DNA of 39,852 nucleotides, taken from positions 1 through 39,852 of IMG/VR virus record IMGVR_UViG_3300037780_000056; one strand, 5' to 3'. The notes below the pieces were generated by a model, which saw nothing but the letters and a program-made list of their open reading frames with translations, was not told the origin of the DNA and searched no databases. Origin of the DNA: a virus. Taxonomy: Duplodnaviria; Caudoviricetes. Position numbers and translations under genes: made by a program. Every line of letters begins with the position of its first letter. Within the stretch, counting starts at the first letter, position 1. Below, one piece after another: positions 10,421 through 20,084 of this stretch.

Positions 10421-10694
10421 GCTCTTCTCCATTTGCGGCAGGGCTTGTAGGTTCGGGCAGCTTTTGCCCGGTCTTTAGTAAATAAACTTTGTGAGCCTGG
10501 TCGCGCTGCGCCTCGGTGATCTGGTGACCGAGCAACAGTTCGAGCGCGTCGACGCGCGGGCTACCTTCGAGCGTGTACTGATCGGGCGAGACTGATGGTA
10601 TGGCGTGAACAATGTCGCCGATGATTCGATCCTCGTGACTATCGAACACGCGTGTGCCTCCCGCTCGAGGCAGGAATGATATTTTTTTGCTCAT
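10407..10694 (-). CDS. Hypothetical morphogenesis-cluster protein
   Basis: Coupled ORF in the neck cluster; PRVDALELLLG..ITEAQRD segment. Confidence 0.7.
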   Translation of the reverse strand: MSKKISFLPRAGGTRVFDSHEDRIIGDIVHAIPSVSPDQYTLEGSPRVDALELLLGHQITEAQRDQAHKVYLLKTGQKLPEPTSPAANGEEHETD

Positions 10695-10705
10695 TGATTT
10701 AACCT

Positions 10706-11173
10706 TTACTGGCTGGGGTCACCGACAGAGGTGCGATATTTGATGCGCCAGACGGTTCGCATGGTTGCAAGCACATGCTCTGCATCTGGGCCGTAGTCAA
10801 TCTCGCCTGCGCCTTGGCTTTCGGTATCAATCACAAAAGCAAGACCCTGGGTAATGTCTGACATGATGTTTATGTGTACTTCTTTGCGGAGACCGAGCAG
10901 CGCTGCTTCGTAATCCGGGACTGCGCCGGATTCACGCTCTAACGGCTGTTGATCCCTGGCGAGCAGATCAACAAAGACTGTTAACCAGGAATCTGCTGTG
11001 GACGAGTTGTAATCTGGTTCGCTGTCGGATCCGTAAGCCACCGCGATCGCGAGGTCGGCAGAGTCGGGCAACTGGCGTCCAGGGTTGCGGTACACATTTG
11101 TGCCGGCACTGGTACTGGTGCCAATGTTAGAAACCAGTGCCGCGAGGATTTGTAATGCGCGATGATCAGCCAC
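10706..11173 (-). CDS. Tail terminator/completion-like protein
   Basis: Position, size, C-terminal IKYRT..DP. Confidence 0.65.
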   Translation of the reverse strand: MADHRALQILAALVSNIGTSTSAGTNVYRNPGRQLPDSADLAIAVAYGSDSEPDYNSSTADSWLTVFVDLLARDQQPLERESGAVPDYEAALLGLRKEVHINIMSDITQGLAFVIDTESQGAGEIDYGPDAEHVLATMRTVWRIKYRTSVGDPSQ

Positions 11174-11471
11174 TGCGTTTACCTAAAATGCACTTGGTCA
11201 TACCGTCGCTGTCCGGTTCAACAGCGATCACACCATACGTGGTGCTATCGACTACAAACACGTCGCCCTCCTGGAATGTACCGTCGCTGCTTTTGCAGGA
11301 CGCTACCGGGTAAAGGCTTGCAAACCCTTTACCGTCAGGATCGACATATTCGTACTCGAAAACAGCCGTAATCGTTTCGAGGGAACCGCCTTTCGGGGTA
11401 TATGAGACTGGCTCACCGAGGACGTCGAGCATGTCCTCGGTAGCCAGAATTGCATCACTACGGAATGTCAC
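11166..11471 (-). CDS. Head-tail joining protein (gpFII-like)
   Basis: LGEPVSYTP...GDVFVVDSTTYGV..VEPDSDG pattern. Confidence 0.75.
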   Translation of the reverse strand: MTFRSDAILATEDMLDVLGEPVSYTPKGGSLETITAVFEYEYVDPDGKGFASLYPVASCKSSDGTFQEGDVFVVDSTTYGVIAVEPDSDGMTKCILGKRSG

Positions 11472-11474
11472 GGT

Positions 11475-11831
11475 TTAAGCGACGTCCGTATTGCCAGGCG
11501 TAAGCTTGATGATGCAAGTGGTCTCAGTATCAGCACCTGCTACCATGGCCACCGCACCGCCGGTGACGTCGCCAGTGGCTGGCGTGGCCGAACTATCGTC
11601 GAAAGCGCTCGCGCTCACGTCATAGATCAGCTTTTCTCCAACTGCGAACACAGCAGCGGAAACCTTGGGCACCTGGAACACACCTTCAAGGTGAACAACG
11701 CCGGATGAACCGTCAGCGATGGCCTGAGCAGCCACACCGATGGTATTACCCAGCACAACGACCTCGCCTTTGGCGATGTCGGCTCCGGAGGCAGTGTGCA
11801 GCAAGCTCTTACCGTCTCGAATCTTAGTCAT
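11475..11831 (-). CDS. DUF2190-like capsid cement/decoration protein
   Basis: GEVVVLG..IGVA...EGVFQVPK...AVGEKLIYD; follows the capsid gene. Confidence 0.82.
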   Translation of the reverse strand: MTKIRDGKSLLHTASGADIAKGEVVVLGNTIGVAAQAIADGSSGVVHLEGVFQVPKVSAAVFAVGEKLIYDVSASAFDDSSATPATGDVTGGAVAMVAGADTETTCIIKLTPGNTDVA

Positions 11832-11861
11832 AACTAATTTCCTTTGGATCAGATATCAGCG

Positions 11862-11888
11862 GCGCGGGATCTGTTTAGATACCCGCGC
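11862..11888 (-). other. GC-rich hairpin downstream of the capsid gene (attenuator or mRNA stabiliser)
   Basis: gcgcggg-atct-gttt-agat-a-cccgcgc inverted repeat. Confidence 0.5.
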
Positions 11889-11922
11889 TTGAATCTGTTG
11901 GGGGGTTAAAAAAGGGGAGGGA

Positions 11923-14058
11923 TTAAGAACCGTCGTTAACAGCCATGGCACGGAAGTCCAGTGGCTGGGCTACGCAGTCAATCCAGGAAACCCAATACAC
12001 ACCCAGAGGGTCGTACATATCGACCTGCTGGATCTGCGGTGCATCGACACCATCCAGGAATGCGACCTCGATGGTGTCGTACACGTTTGGATCGCCGAGC
12101 GCGTAGTATCGGAGGGCCGAGGCCGCGTCCAATCGGGAATCACTAACGATTTCCCAGCGGTTGCGCTCCACGTTTGGCGTCGTGTTGTTCTTGGTCGATG
12201 CACCGACCTCGAGCTCGCTCTGCGCGACGACTTGAGCAGCGCCTTCTAATGCAACAGGGCAGAAAATGTACCGAGGGTTGATATTTAGGTTGTGCGCGTT
12301 CCCACCAACATCGCTTTGGGTTTTCATCAAAGTACGTAGCTCTGTGAACGCCGCTGTCGATGGGACGCCACCGGTGCCGGTGTTGTTTCGCGAAGATGCA
12401 AAGATCCGCTCGCTACCTTCATCGATCAATTGACCGTCAGCATGTTGTGTGAACACATTGGCAAAGCGATCGCCAACAGTGCGGCGCGCCGCGCCGCCGA
12501 TCTTCATGGCCAATCGTCCAAACTCGTTGAGATCATCGTTGATAATCGCCTGTCGGCTCAGGCCGAGTCGAGCTGCGTATGTAGCCAACTGGATAGACTG
12601 TTTACGATCGCCGACCTCAATGGTCTCGACCTCTTGTAGCTCAGCGTTGGCTGGGAAGGATGGCGCAGCACCCAGGCCAGAACGATTCGCAATCTTGAAG
12701 TCCGGCAAATTACCGATTCGCGCTAGTGTTGAGTAGACCTCTGGGGCTTCCTCGTAACCGCGCAGCACCTGCTTGCTCGCGACGTTCTCCAGGATGCCGG
12801 GGAAATCCGAACCAGGCTGGAGCGCCACAGCGACAATTTGCTGCTTGTTCATACCGGTAATCGATTTGCCTTGCAGCGTTGCGCTGGTGCGGCACAATTC
12901 CATTAGAGTCTGACTGACGAACTCGTTGCTATGGTCAGTGGGTTTTGCGCCCATTCGCATGGCAATAGCTTCTGCAGCGCCGGCTTGGAACTTGTCGCGC
13001 GCATCGACTACTGTCGTCGCGCCACCGCCTGCAGGCTGATTGCCTTCGCCGATCGCTTTTAGCAGTCGTGCGTTGGCATCCGCAACTGTGCAGTCCACGT
13101 TATCGACGCACTCATTTAGCACCGCATCCATCGCTCCACCTACATTATGTGGAGCGAATGCGGCACGGATTTCGCGTTGGCGTTTTGCCTCAGCTTCTCG
13201 TGCGGCTTTGTCAGCCGCCGCCTTTTCTTCGGGGGTCATATCATGATCCTCATCATTAGCGTCGGCAGCGGCTGCCGACTGTTTGTGTTTTGCAATGGTG
13301 TCCGCCACCAATTGCATTCTGGCCTCTGCAAGCGCAGTGGCTTTATCCTCACTGCCATCGTCCGACTGGTGTCGATCGATAAAAGCGAGAAATTCTTTAG
13401 GTGCCTTCTTGTACACCTCGGTGATCTGTTCGCTGGTTAGGCAAGCTGCGATATCGAGATCAACATCGACGAGCTCGTCTGCTAGGCCATTGGCAATACA
13501 GTCATCGGCCGTTAACCAGGTCTCGGCGTCGAGCATCTCGATCAACTCTTCTTGTGAACCGTTGAAGCGTCGAAGATACGCGCCGACTAAAGCGTCGCGG
13601 ATCTTGGATAGTGCTTCTGCAGCTTTCTCGTGATCGTGCTGGTCTCCCCAAACACCAACGGCCGGATTGTGGATCATCTGCATGGATGACGGCAGCATTC
13701 GCAGCTCACCTGGTGATGCCGCCTGGACAATCACGGATGCCATGGATGCGGCGAGTGATGTGACCAGCATAGAGATTTTCGCCTTATGGGTGATCAGTGC
13801 GTTGTAAATGGCCAGACCTTCCCAGACGTTACCGCCGACAGATCCCACCTCAACCTCGATGGTTTCAACATCACCGAGCGCCTCGAGCTGATTAACGAAA
13901 TCCTGCGCCGTTACCTCCCACCCGATCTCGCCAAAAATATGCAGGCTCACATGATCAAATGTTTCAGCGTTCGCGCTGGCCTTTATGGCCTTCATGCCGA
14001 ACCAGCCAGAGGTCACCTCTCGCGAGGTAGACTTGTTAACGATCTTCATTTTTTTCAT
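11923..14058 (-). CDS. ClpP-type prohead protease / major capsid protein fusion
   Basis: N-term SVGGNVWEGLAIYNAL, AASMASVI, MIHNP, ETWLTA; C-term LSRQAIINDDL, DTIEVAFLDG; start placed at MKKMK behind CAGGAG. Confidence 0.93.
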   Translation of the reverse strand: MKKMKIVNKSTSREVTSGWFGMKAIKASANAETFDHVSLHIFGEIGWEVTAQDFVNQLEALGDVETIEVEVGSVGGNVWEGLAIYNALITHKAKISMLVTSLAASMASVIVQAASPGELRMLPSSMQMIHNPAVGVWGDQHDHEKAAEALSKIRDALVGAYLRRFNGSQEELIEMLDAETWLTADDCIANGLADELVDVDLDIAACLTSEQITEVYKKAPKEFLAFIDRHQSDDGSEDKATALAEARMQLVADTIAKHKQSAAAADANDEDHDMTPEEKAAADKAAREAEAKRQREIRAAFAPHNVGGAMDAVLNECVDNVDCTVADANARLLKAIGEGNQPAGGGATTVVDARDKFQAGAAEAIAMRMGAKPTDHSNEFVSQTLMELCRTSATLQGKSITGMNKQQIVAVALQPGSDFPGILENVASKQVLRGYEEAPEVYSTLARIGNLPDFKIANRSGLGAAPSFPANAELQEVETIEVGDRKQSIQLATYAARLGLSRQAIINDDLNEFGRLAMKIGGAARRTVGDRFANVFTQHADGQLIDEGSERIFASSRNNTGTGGVPSTAAFTELRTLMKTQSDVGGNAHNLNINPRYIFCPVALEGAAQVVAQSELEVGASTKNNTTPNVERNRWEIVSDSRLDAASALRYYALGDPNVYDTIEVAFLDGVDAPQIQQVDMYDPLGVYWVSWIDCVAQPLDFRAMAVNDGS

Positions 14059-15496
14059 TGCTAGGAGACTCCTGTTGTGTCCTTTGTTCGCGTTCGCGTT
14101 GTTTCTTAACCTGCCTGGGGCTGCCGCCACGGGAACGGATGATTCCGCTCACGCTTTCGAATTCGTTGGCAACCAGCGTTTCCCATGCTTTTGCCTCTTG
14201 GAGCGGCTGGATCCATGGCATGGCTGGGCGGCTAAAGTGCACGCGATAGAGTGAGCCGGCTTTTGCGTCGTCTGGTAATCGGACGCCGTTTGGCATCATG
14301 GTTGTCGCTCGAATGAAGTTCTCGACTTTCTCGCGCTCAAATCGCTCGACGATGTACTTCCAGACAACACCATAGTGGTCGTGCTGCTCGACCAGCTCCT
14401 GGCGCTGGCTCGAGTAGTTGCCGTTATAATTTTTGCCCAGGGATGAAGCGCCGACGCCGAGACCACCGGCCGCGGATTTGAACTGCGACTCCTTAAATGG
14501 GATCAACTGATTATTCGGGCGGTTAGATGCGAACGACTTAACATCTTCACCGGGCAACAAATCATCGATGATCATTCCAGGCTCTATTGGGATATCCCGA
14601 TTCGTTCCTTCGTCGTCCTGGGGAGCGGTATATAACGCAGGGTCGCCTTTCGTAATAACCAGCGCCATGGCGGCCGCGATTCGTGCTGCGACTCGTTCTG
14701 TCTCGTCGATTTCGTCGATATCTGACAGACGCTTCAGCACAACAGCAAACACGGACACGCCACGCACCTGCCGAATCCTTCTCCGAATAGAGATGTGGCT
14801 CATTCTATTAGCCGGAATGGGTCGTGTTTCGTCGGCACCCGGGATGATATGGCTGGTCCGGATAGATTGTTCAGGCGCGTTCTTCAACACGTGATAACGA
14901 ATAGGTCGACCCCAACCATTCATTTGCACACCAGAAAGGATCCGCTGCGACTGGTTGTGGTAGTGCATCGGCACCATGTCGGGCTCGATTAGCTCGTAGC
15001 TATAGGGCACAACGGAGCCATGTGTCAGACCGCGAGTAAAACCAAGCAAGTGCTGGTTAAAAACTTCGCCATCACGGAAGAATGTTCTGGCCGCCAGGCG
15101 TTGCGCCGATGTTTCATCGTCGCGCCAGGTCACTTCGGATTTACGACACCAGTCCTCGTACAACTCTGAGAGCTGCTCATTGACTTCATCGTATAGATCG
15201 CCATTTTCTTTCTCGACCATGAACTCTGGAATAATGCCCATACCGACGGTTCTGTTAACCAGAATGTCGAGGGCGCCTTTCGCGATATCGTTATTTTCTT
15301 CGAGATACCGTGCCTGCTCGCGCAGGGAGGTGGCCGCCTCACTAGACGAGTCGTTAGCCCCGCGGGACTCACGTTTAACCTTGTGTGTGCGGCTAGGCTT
15401 TGTGCTCTCATAAGCAGCATTAATGCGCATAGCGCGCAGCCGGCGCATGGCATAGTCCGGCATTGTGGCGGCCAGGAACCGCGAGTAATAACCCAT
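14036..15496 (-). CDS. Portal protein, lambda family
   Basis: LREQARYLEENN, RDGEVF, QVRGVS, NYSSQRQEL, WIQPLQE motifs. Confidence 0.93.
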   Translation of the reverse strand: MGYYSRFLAATMPDYAMRRLRAMRINAAYESTKPSRTHKVKRESRGANDSSSEAATSLREQARYLEENNDIAKGALDILVNRTVGMGIIPEFMVEKENGDLYDEVNEQLSELYEDWCRKSEVTWRDDETSAQRLAARTFFRDGEVFNQHLLGFTRGLTHGSVVPYSYELIEPDMVPMHYHNQSQRILSGVQMNGWGRPIRYHVLKNAPEQSIRTSHIIPGADETRPIPANRMSHISIRRRIRQVRGVSVFAVVLKRLSDIDEIDETERVAARIAAAMALVITKGDPALYTAPQDDEGTNRDIPIEPGMIIDDLLPGEDVKSFASNRPNNQLIPFKESQFKSAAGGLGVGASSLGKNYNGNYSSQRQELVEQHDHYGVVWKYIVERFEREKVENFIRATTMMPNGVRLPDDAKAGSLYRVHFSRPAMPWIQPLQEAKAWETLVANEFESVSGIIRSRGGSPRQVKKQREREQRTQQESPSNEKNEDR

Positions 15497-15735
15497 TAGT
15501 TAAACCGTCCCAGGGAACCGAATGTTCGTCGTCCCGTTGCCGAGCTTTGCTGCAGCAGTAAGTTACGCTCCTGCCTGGATAGCCGAGCGATCATGTTGTT
15601 AATTTCGGTTAGATCTTGGGTGGTAAGACTGCGGCCTTGTATGGACACAGACTGGCCTTTTGCCGCTTTAGTACGGGCGTCGAGCCACACCTGCAACTCG
15701 GCTTGCACCGTTGCGAGAGTGATAGTTGCTGTCAT
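15496..15735 (-). CDS. gpW-like head completion protein
   Basis: KGQSVSIQGRSLTTQDL; lies between terminase and portal. Confidence 0.8.
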   Translation of the reverse strand: MTATITLATVQAELQVWLDARTKAAKGQSVSIQGRSLTTQDLTEINNMIARLSRQERNLLLQQSSATGRRTFGSLGRFN

Positions 15736-15753
15736 GATTTCCTCGGCAGTGAT

Positions 15754-17718
15754 TTAGCGGTAGCGATCCATCCAGCCGCCATCCCGATTCCGTGTAACAC
15801 CACGGCGAGACTTATTTTTGGTGGCTGGCTTTTCGCGATCCGACTGCGGGGCTCGCAGTTCGTTTAGAATCGACTGGACGTTCATTTTCAATATCTCAAA
15901 GGCCGCGACGGCATAAACGTAACAGTCAAGCGCCTCGACCCTGGGACGCTGCGCCTTGTACCTGCGAACCGGCCGCCCCGATTTAAATTCTGTAACCTTC
16001 TTTTCAGCAGTTAGCTGCTCGAAGTACTCCTCGTCAGCGGAGTAGGTTTCTTCATCCGTCGATACGGGGAAGTGGACATAGCCAGGACCCGGCTCTTGGA
16101 TCTTTAAGCAGCCATAGATCAGATCTTTGGCTTCAGTGGTACCGATTGAAAACAATCGCACCCGTTCTGAGTTGTTTCTCGAGGGCCTGCTGGTTAATGG
16201 CGCTTCCAACTGGTTCGAACCTTTCAGGGCCAACCAGTTGCGACCCTGGTTACGCTTGCAAAACTTGTAAGCCATGCTGGTGTAGTGGCCACCCGTATCC
16301 AGGCCGCCGCCGCGGACACGCAGCATAGCGCCGGATTCGTGTTCCCAACTCGTTGTCGTTAGATATTCCTCGACACGATTCCAGAGTTCCGGCCGACCTG
16401 GGTCGCCATAAAATATCTCATGCGCTATCAGCCATGACTCGCGAGCGACACCAAAGCCCCAGACACTGACTTCAATACGATCATCTTGCGTATCGCCACC
16501 CCAGAGAAGGAGTCCACACTTCGCCGGCACCTTGCCATTCGGATAGTGCTCTCGTCTCATATATAACTGGTGTGGCTCTACTCTGTCCGATTCTTCTTCC
16601 CAGACTTCGCCCAGGCTGGTGTTTACCCATACCTTAAGCTTGGTGGGGTCTTTCTTTGCGTTGAGGAAGTCCTCGACAATCTCCCGCCAGTTTTTCCCAC
16701 CTGGCGAGCAAAATGCCGCCCACATGTAGTAGGTCACCGACTTTGGAGCAGAAACCAACTCACCGTGCGGACCGTAGAATGACTCTCCGTCCAGGGTCGT
16801 CATTCCGTTGTCTGAAATCCACACTGCGTTTCGATCCATTTCAGGCATCGAATCATTGTCTATCAACGCACCGCAGTGCTCACACAAATATTGCGCGGTC
16901 TCGGGATCGTCGTTTGTGTACTTAATGCCAAAGTTCGCATCTGGACCACCCCATCTTAGGAGCTGCTTCTCACTGCAGTGAGGACAGGGAAAGTATCTCC
17001 TAAAGTGCTCGTCGGCATCGTTCGCCGCCTTACTGATTTGGCAAGTGCCAGCCTCTTTGGGTGTTGAGCCTCGTATTGATTTTGGAAACGAGGATCCAGA
17101 CATTCGGACATCGCCGAGAGTTACCGCGTCACCCTCGCGCTCGATATCTGGATCAAAGCTAGAGAGCTCATCATAAATACCAAAGTCGACGGACTTCTCT
17201 CGAAAGTTCTTCGCTGACTTGCCGCCCTTTAAGAACAACTGGCGGCTATTGCTGAAAGCCTTGTAATCAAGCGTGTTGAATTTACTTTTCTTGTCGATGT
17301 ACGGAAAAATATTCCGCATGCACCGTACATCCCTGATCATCGGCTCCACATGTTGTTTAGTGAAGTCTGACCTCGCATCGTCGGTTGGCTGCCACACGAT
17401 GCCGTTGCGTTTTTTGTGTTCGATTGAGTAGGCAATGAATGCCAATATCATTTTGGTATAGCCAACTCGGGCTGACTTAACCAGGTTTACGACTCTGATG
17501 TCGTCGTTCCCCATCGAGTTGAGTGGAGCAACCTGGTACGGCATCGTCTCCCAATCGCCTTCAACATAAGAAGACTCCGCCGACAAGTAGAAATGCTTAT
17601 TCGCCCACTCCGTCACGCTCATCGGTTCGGGAGTGCTTAGGGCTGATTTTAAGGCTCGGCTGATCGCCTCCTTTAGATTATTTCGCTGTCTCGGAGTAAT
17701 GCTCCTCAATGAATTCAT
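15754..17718 (-). CDS. Terminase large subunit (GpA family)
   Basis: Walker A VKSARVGYTK, YDELS, GSTPK, CPHC/CEHC, DTQDDR, EALDC; start placed at MNSLRS. Confidence 0.96.
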   Translation of the reverse strand: MNSLRSITPRQRNNLKEAISRALKSALSTPEPMSVTEWANKHFYLSAESSYVEGDWETMPYQVAPLNSMGNDDIRVVNLVKSARVGYTKMILAFIAYSIEHKKRNGIVWQPTDDARSDFTKQHVEPMIRDVRCMRNIFPYIDKKSKFNTLDYKAFSNSRQLFLKGGKSAKNFREKSVDFGIYDELSSFDPDIEREGDAVTLGDVRMSGSSFPKSIRGSTPKEAGTCQISKAANDADEHFRRYFPCPHCSEKQLLRWGGPDANFGIKYTNDDPETAQYLCEHCGALIDNDSMPEMDRNAVWISDNGMTTLDGESFYGPHGELVSAPKSVTYYMWAAFCSPGGKNWREIVEDFLNAKKDPTKLKVWVNTSLGEVWEEESDRVEPHQLYMRREHYPNGKVPAKCGLLLWGGDTQDDRIEVSVWGFGVARESWLIAHEIFYGDPGRPELWNRVEEYLTTTSWEHESGAMLRVRGGGLDTGGHYTSMAYKFCKRNQGRNWLALKGSNQLEAPLTSRPSRNNSERVRLFSIGTTEAKDLIYGCLKIQEPGPGYVHFPVSTDEETYSADEEYFEQLTAEKKVTEFKSGRPVRRYKAQRPRVEALDCYVYAVAAFEILKMNVQSILNELRAPQSDREKPATKNKSRRGVTRNRDGGWMDRYR

Positions 17719-18232
17719 CGAGTCGATCGGCAACACCGACGCATGAGTTCCTTGCCTTGGCAATTTCTTTCTTAACCTCGTTCAACTGAGTTGCGCTCAT
17801 CTTTGGCATGATTCGCTTCATCTTGGCGGGTAGGGATTCGAGTATTGAGGCCATCTCAACACCTACTCGTGAAAAAACATGCTCGGCGGCCGTGATTGGG
17901 AAGAGATTTCCCTTTGCTAAGTCGTTTGTTAGCTCTTGACCGATTCTCTTTTCGCGATCGAGCCTCGCTTTTTCTAACAGAGGATTAATTTTCCCGTTCT
18001 CTTCGCCATCATCCTCTGTTTCCAGCTCGCTAATCTTTGCCTGCAGCTGAGCCGTTTTGTGGTTGATGCGATTCGCCAGGACGTCTTCAACGGTAAAAAA
18101 AGCCTCTCGGCCAATTCTAGCGATTGGTTGCACTTTCCATTTATCAAATGCGGCACCTGATATCCCTAACGAGGCCGCCATGTCTTTACGGTTTAACCAA
18201 TGTTTCTCTGGCGTTGGAGCCTTTTTTGACAT
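17678..18232 (-). CDS. Terminase small subunit (Nu1-like)
   Basis: N-terminal wHTH (LNRKDMAASLGIS..AFDKW), coiled coil, SILESLP; downstream of cos. Confidence 0.9.
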   Translation of the reverse strand: MSKKAPTPEKHWLNRKDMAASLGISGAAFDKWKVQPIARIGREAFFTVEDVLANRINHKTAQLQAKISELETEDDGEENGKINPLLEKARLDREKRIGQELTNDLAKGNLFPITAAEHVFSRVGVEMASILESLPAKMKRIMPKMSATQLNEVKKEIAKARNSCVGVADRLDEFIEEHYSETAK

Positions 18233-18285
18233 GAGAGCTGCAGTCTTTGCTTGTTGGGATGATTGTACTCTGCAACCAGCACTAC

Positions 18286-18353
18286 AAAATTTTCATAAAT
18301 AGCGAAATACTGCGCTGCCGCGCACCCGTAGGGGCTACCCCTTGGAAGTACCT
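18286..18353 (-). other. cos site; predicted 12-nt cohesive end GGTGCGCGGCAG (18315-18326)
   Basis: Minus strand AGGTACT..CTACG^GGTGCGCGGCAG^CGCAGTATTTCGCTATTTATGAAAATTTT parallels lambda cosQ-cosN-I2. Confidence 0.8.
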
Positions 18354-18507
18354 TGGGCCTTGCGTGCCGCTCGCTTGCGGTCTCTCGCCGCCTTCTCGCG
18401 CCGCTGCGCTCGGTTTAGTGGTATCGAGGCATCGCACGAGGACAAAGCAGACGCAGGCCACAGGCGATACAGTGCGATCCCTGTGCCTACTTGGCCAAAG
18501 ATCTGTG

Positions 18508-18855
18508 TCATAGTGGCTTCCCAGCCCAGATGTTACAGGCCCGCTGCCAATCCTCAACGCCTTTAGAGCGCCAGATATCAATCCAATTATGTCGATAAAA
18601 CCTGTAGCCATTAGCAAACGATCGCCAATAGTTAGTTGGTGTTCTCGCTAGCCGCATGTCCTCTTCACGCACGGATATTCTCGGGCCGTAATCGAAACCC
18701 TGCAGCTCCCATAGTGGCGCTCTTACACCTTGGACTAGCGTGTATATCTGGCCTTGGTATACGACCTTGCTACCCAAGTTAAACCTCGTTACCCAACGCA
18801 GAGCCAAACGGATTGCTACTAAATGCCAGTAGATTAAATTTATTAGCTTGATCAC
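18508..18855 (-). CDS. Hypothetical protein
   Basis: ORF in the late operon direction between gpZ-like gene and cos. Confidence 0.6.
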   Translation of the reverse strand: MIKLINLIYWHLVAIRLALRWVTRFNLGSKVVYQGQIYTLVQGVRAPLWELQGFDYGPRISVREEDMRLARTPTNYWRSFANGYRFYRHNWIDIWRSKGVEDWQRACNIWAGKPL

Positions 18856-18861
18856 CTGAGA

Positions 18862-19449
18862 TTACCTCTGTTTTCTAATCTGATTGTTAATGGCTGCAGA
18901 TAACTCGATCGGCAGCCGCTCTTTAGTCGTGCTCTTCATCACGTCATTGACCTTGCTGGAGTCAAAGGTCTTGCGTGGTGACGGCCCGAACACTGGCTCG
19001 ATGGGTAACCTGGCAGCAGAGGTGCGCCTAAACACACGCGCGTTACCGCCTCCACCACGGCCAATGAATGTGCCGTCATAGTACTTTGGTTTTCCCCAGG
19101 CTTTAGCCTTCACACCCGGGTGCTTAAATCCTTTCTTAACCCTGCGTCGAAACGTCTGCGCGTTACGCTGTGACGGCGTCACGTGGTGGATTAAGTTCTT
19201 AGCCTTAGCCTGGCGTGCGTCGATCGAGGCAGTCAAAGACCTGCGGCTAGCCTTGATCCGTTCCATACCAGCACGAACATCTTTCTGTTTTACGCCGGTC
19301 TCGGCTGCTATAGCCTTTACTGACCGCGACTGGACTGTGGTGGTGGTACGGTTGATTGCCTGCGTGGCAGCGACCGGCACTAACCCTTTCTCGAAGTTGT
19401 AGAGTTTTCGCTCTAACTTATCCAGGTCGTCTTTGATCGAGAATGTCAT
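18862..19449 (-). CDS. Minor tail protein Z-like (GPZ family)
   Basis: Basic protein with AINRT, VFRR...RLPIEPVFGPS. Confidence 0.8.
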   Translation of the reverse strand: MTFSIKDDLDKLERKLYNFEKGLVPVAATQAINRTTTTVQSRSVKAIAAETGVKQKDVRAGMERIKASRRSLTASIDARQAKAKNLIHHVTPSQRNAQTFRRRVKKGFKHPGVKAKAWGKPKYYDGTFIGRGGGGNARVFRRTSAARLPIEPVFGPSPRKTFDSSKVNDVMKSTTKERLPIELSAAINNQIRKQR

Positions 19450-19453
19450 AAGA

Positions 19454-19528
19454 TGGTAGCAGGGGCAGGATTTGAACCTGCGTAATGGCGGTTATGAGCC
19501 GCCTGACTTACCAGTTGTCTACCCTGCA
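19454..19528 (-). tRNA. Phage tRNA with CAU anticodon (Met, initiator-like)
   Basis: TGCAGGGTAGACAACTGGTAAGTCAGGCGGCTCATAACCGCCATTACGCAGGTTCAAATCCTGCCCCTGCTACCA folds into a cloverleaf with encoded CCA. Confidence 0.9.
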
Positions 19529-19529
19529 A

Positions 19530-20078
19530 TTAACCCTGTTTATTCCCAGGCGCTGGCGCCATGGATATTGATTTCTGCTTACTGCCCAGGCTCGAGCCAA
19601 AGAAAAAGGCCACCACAGATTGGCGCTCTTGCAGGAGGTGCCCTATAACGACACCGATTAAGTTAGACACCACCGCCACGAGTGGGCCGGTCTCTAGCAC
19701 CAACACCGCGCCAAAGTTAGCGATTACAAGGCCGCCTATGATCCAGAGATTCCAGCCAATGATAGAGTCCGCAACTTTATCCGCTTGTTTGCTTGATACC
19801 GCCTTGTATTGATCTGATGCTCGTTTACGAGACTGCTCGTCGAGTCTTTCCAGGACGGTCTCGTTTTCCATGACCGCTAGCTGGAACTGCAGCGCCAGAT
19901 CTGGGTGTTGCTTAATTGCCTCTACTGCCCCAGCACCATCTTGTTGGCCGGTGACTTTTTTGGCCACGTCGATGACTGTGCTCGCTACACGGTCGACCTT
20001 ATCGCCAGTATCAGGGTCAAGCAGACCGATAAGCTTCGGAGCGAACTGGATAAGGCCCAGGGCGAGAGACAAACTCAT
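19530..20078 (-). CDS. Putative holin-like membrane protein
   Basis: Follows the endolysin; hydrophobic segments and C-terminal VVAFFFGSSLGSKQK. Confidence 0.65.
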   Translation of the reverse strand: MSLSLALGLIQFAPKLIGLLDPDTGDKVDRVASTVIDVAKKVTGQQDGAGAVEAIKQHPDLALQFQLAVMENETVLERLDEQSRKRASDQYKAVSSKQADKVADSIIGWNLWIIGGLVIANFGAVLVLETGPLVAVVSNLIGVVIGHLLQERQSVVAFFFGSSLGSKQKSISMAPAPGNKQG

Positions 20079-20084
20079 AGATGT

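Noticed and set aside
621-18302. Many + strand ORFs across the structural region
   Set aside because: Antisense shadows of well-supported minus-strand genes
18282-18617. ORFs spanning the cos region
   Set aside because: They overlap cos and a better ORF; low-complexity translations
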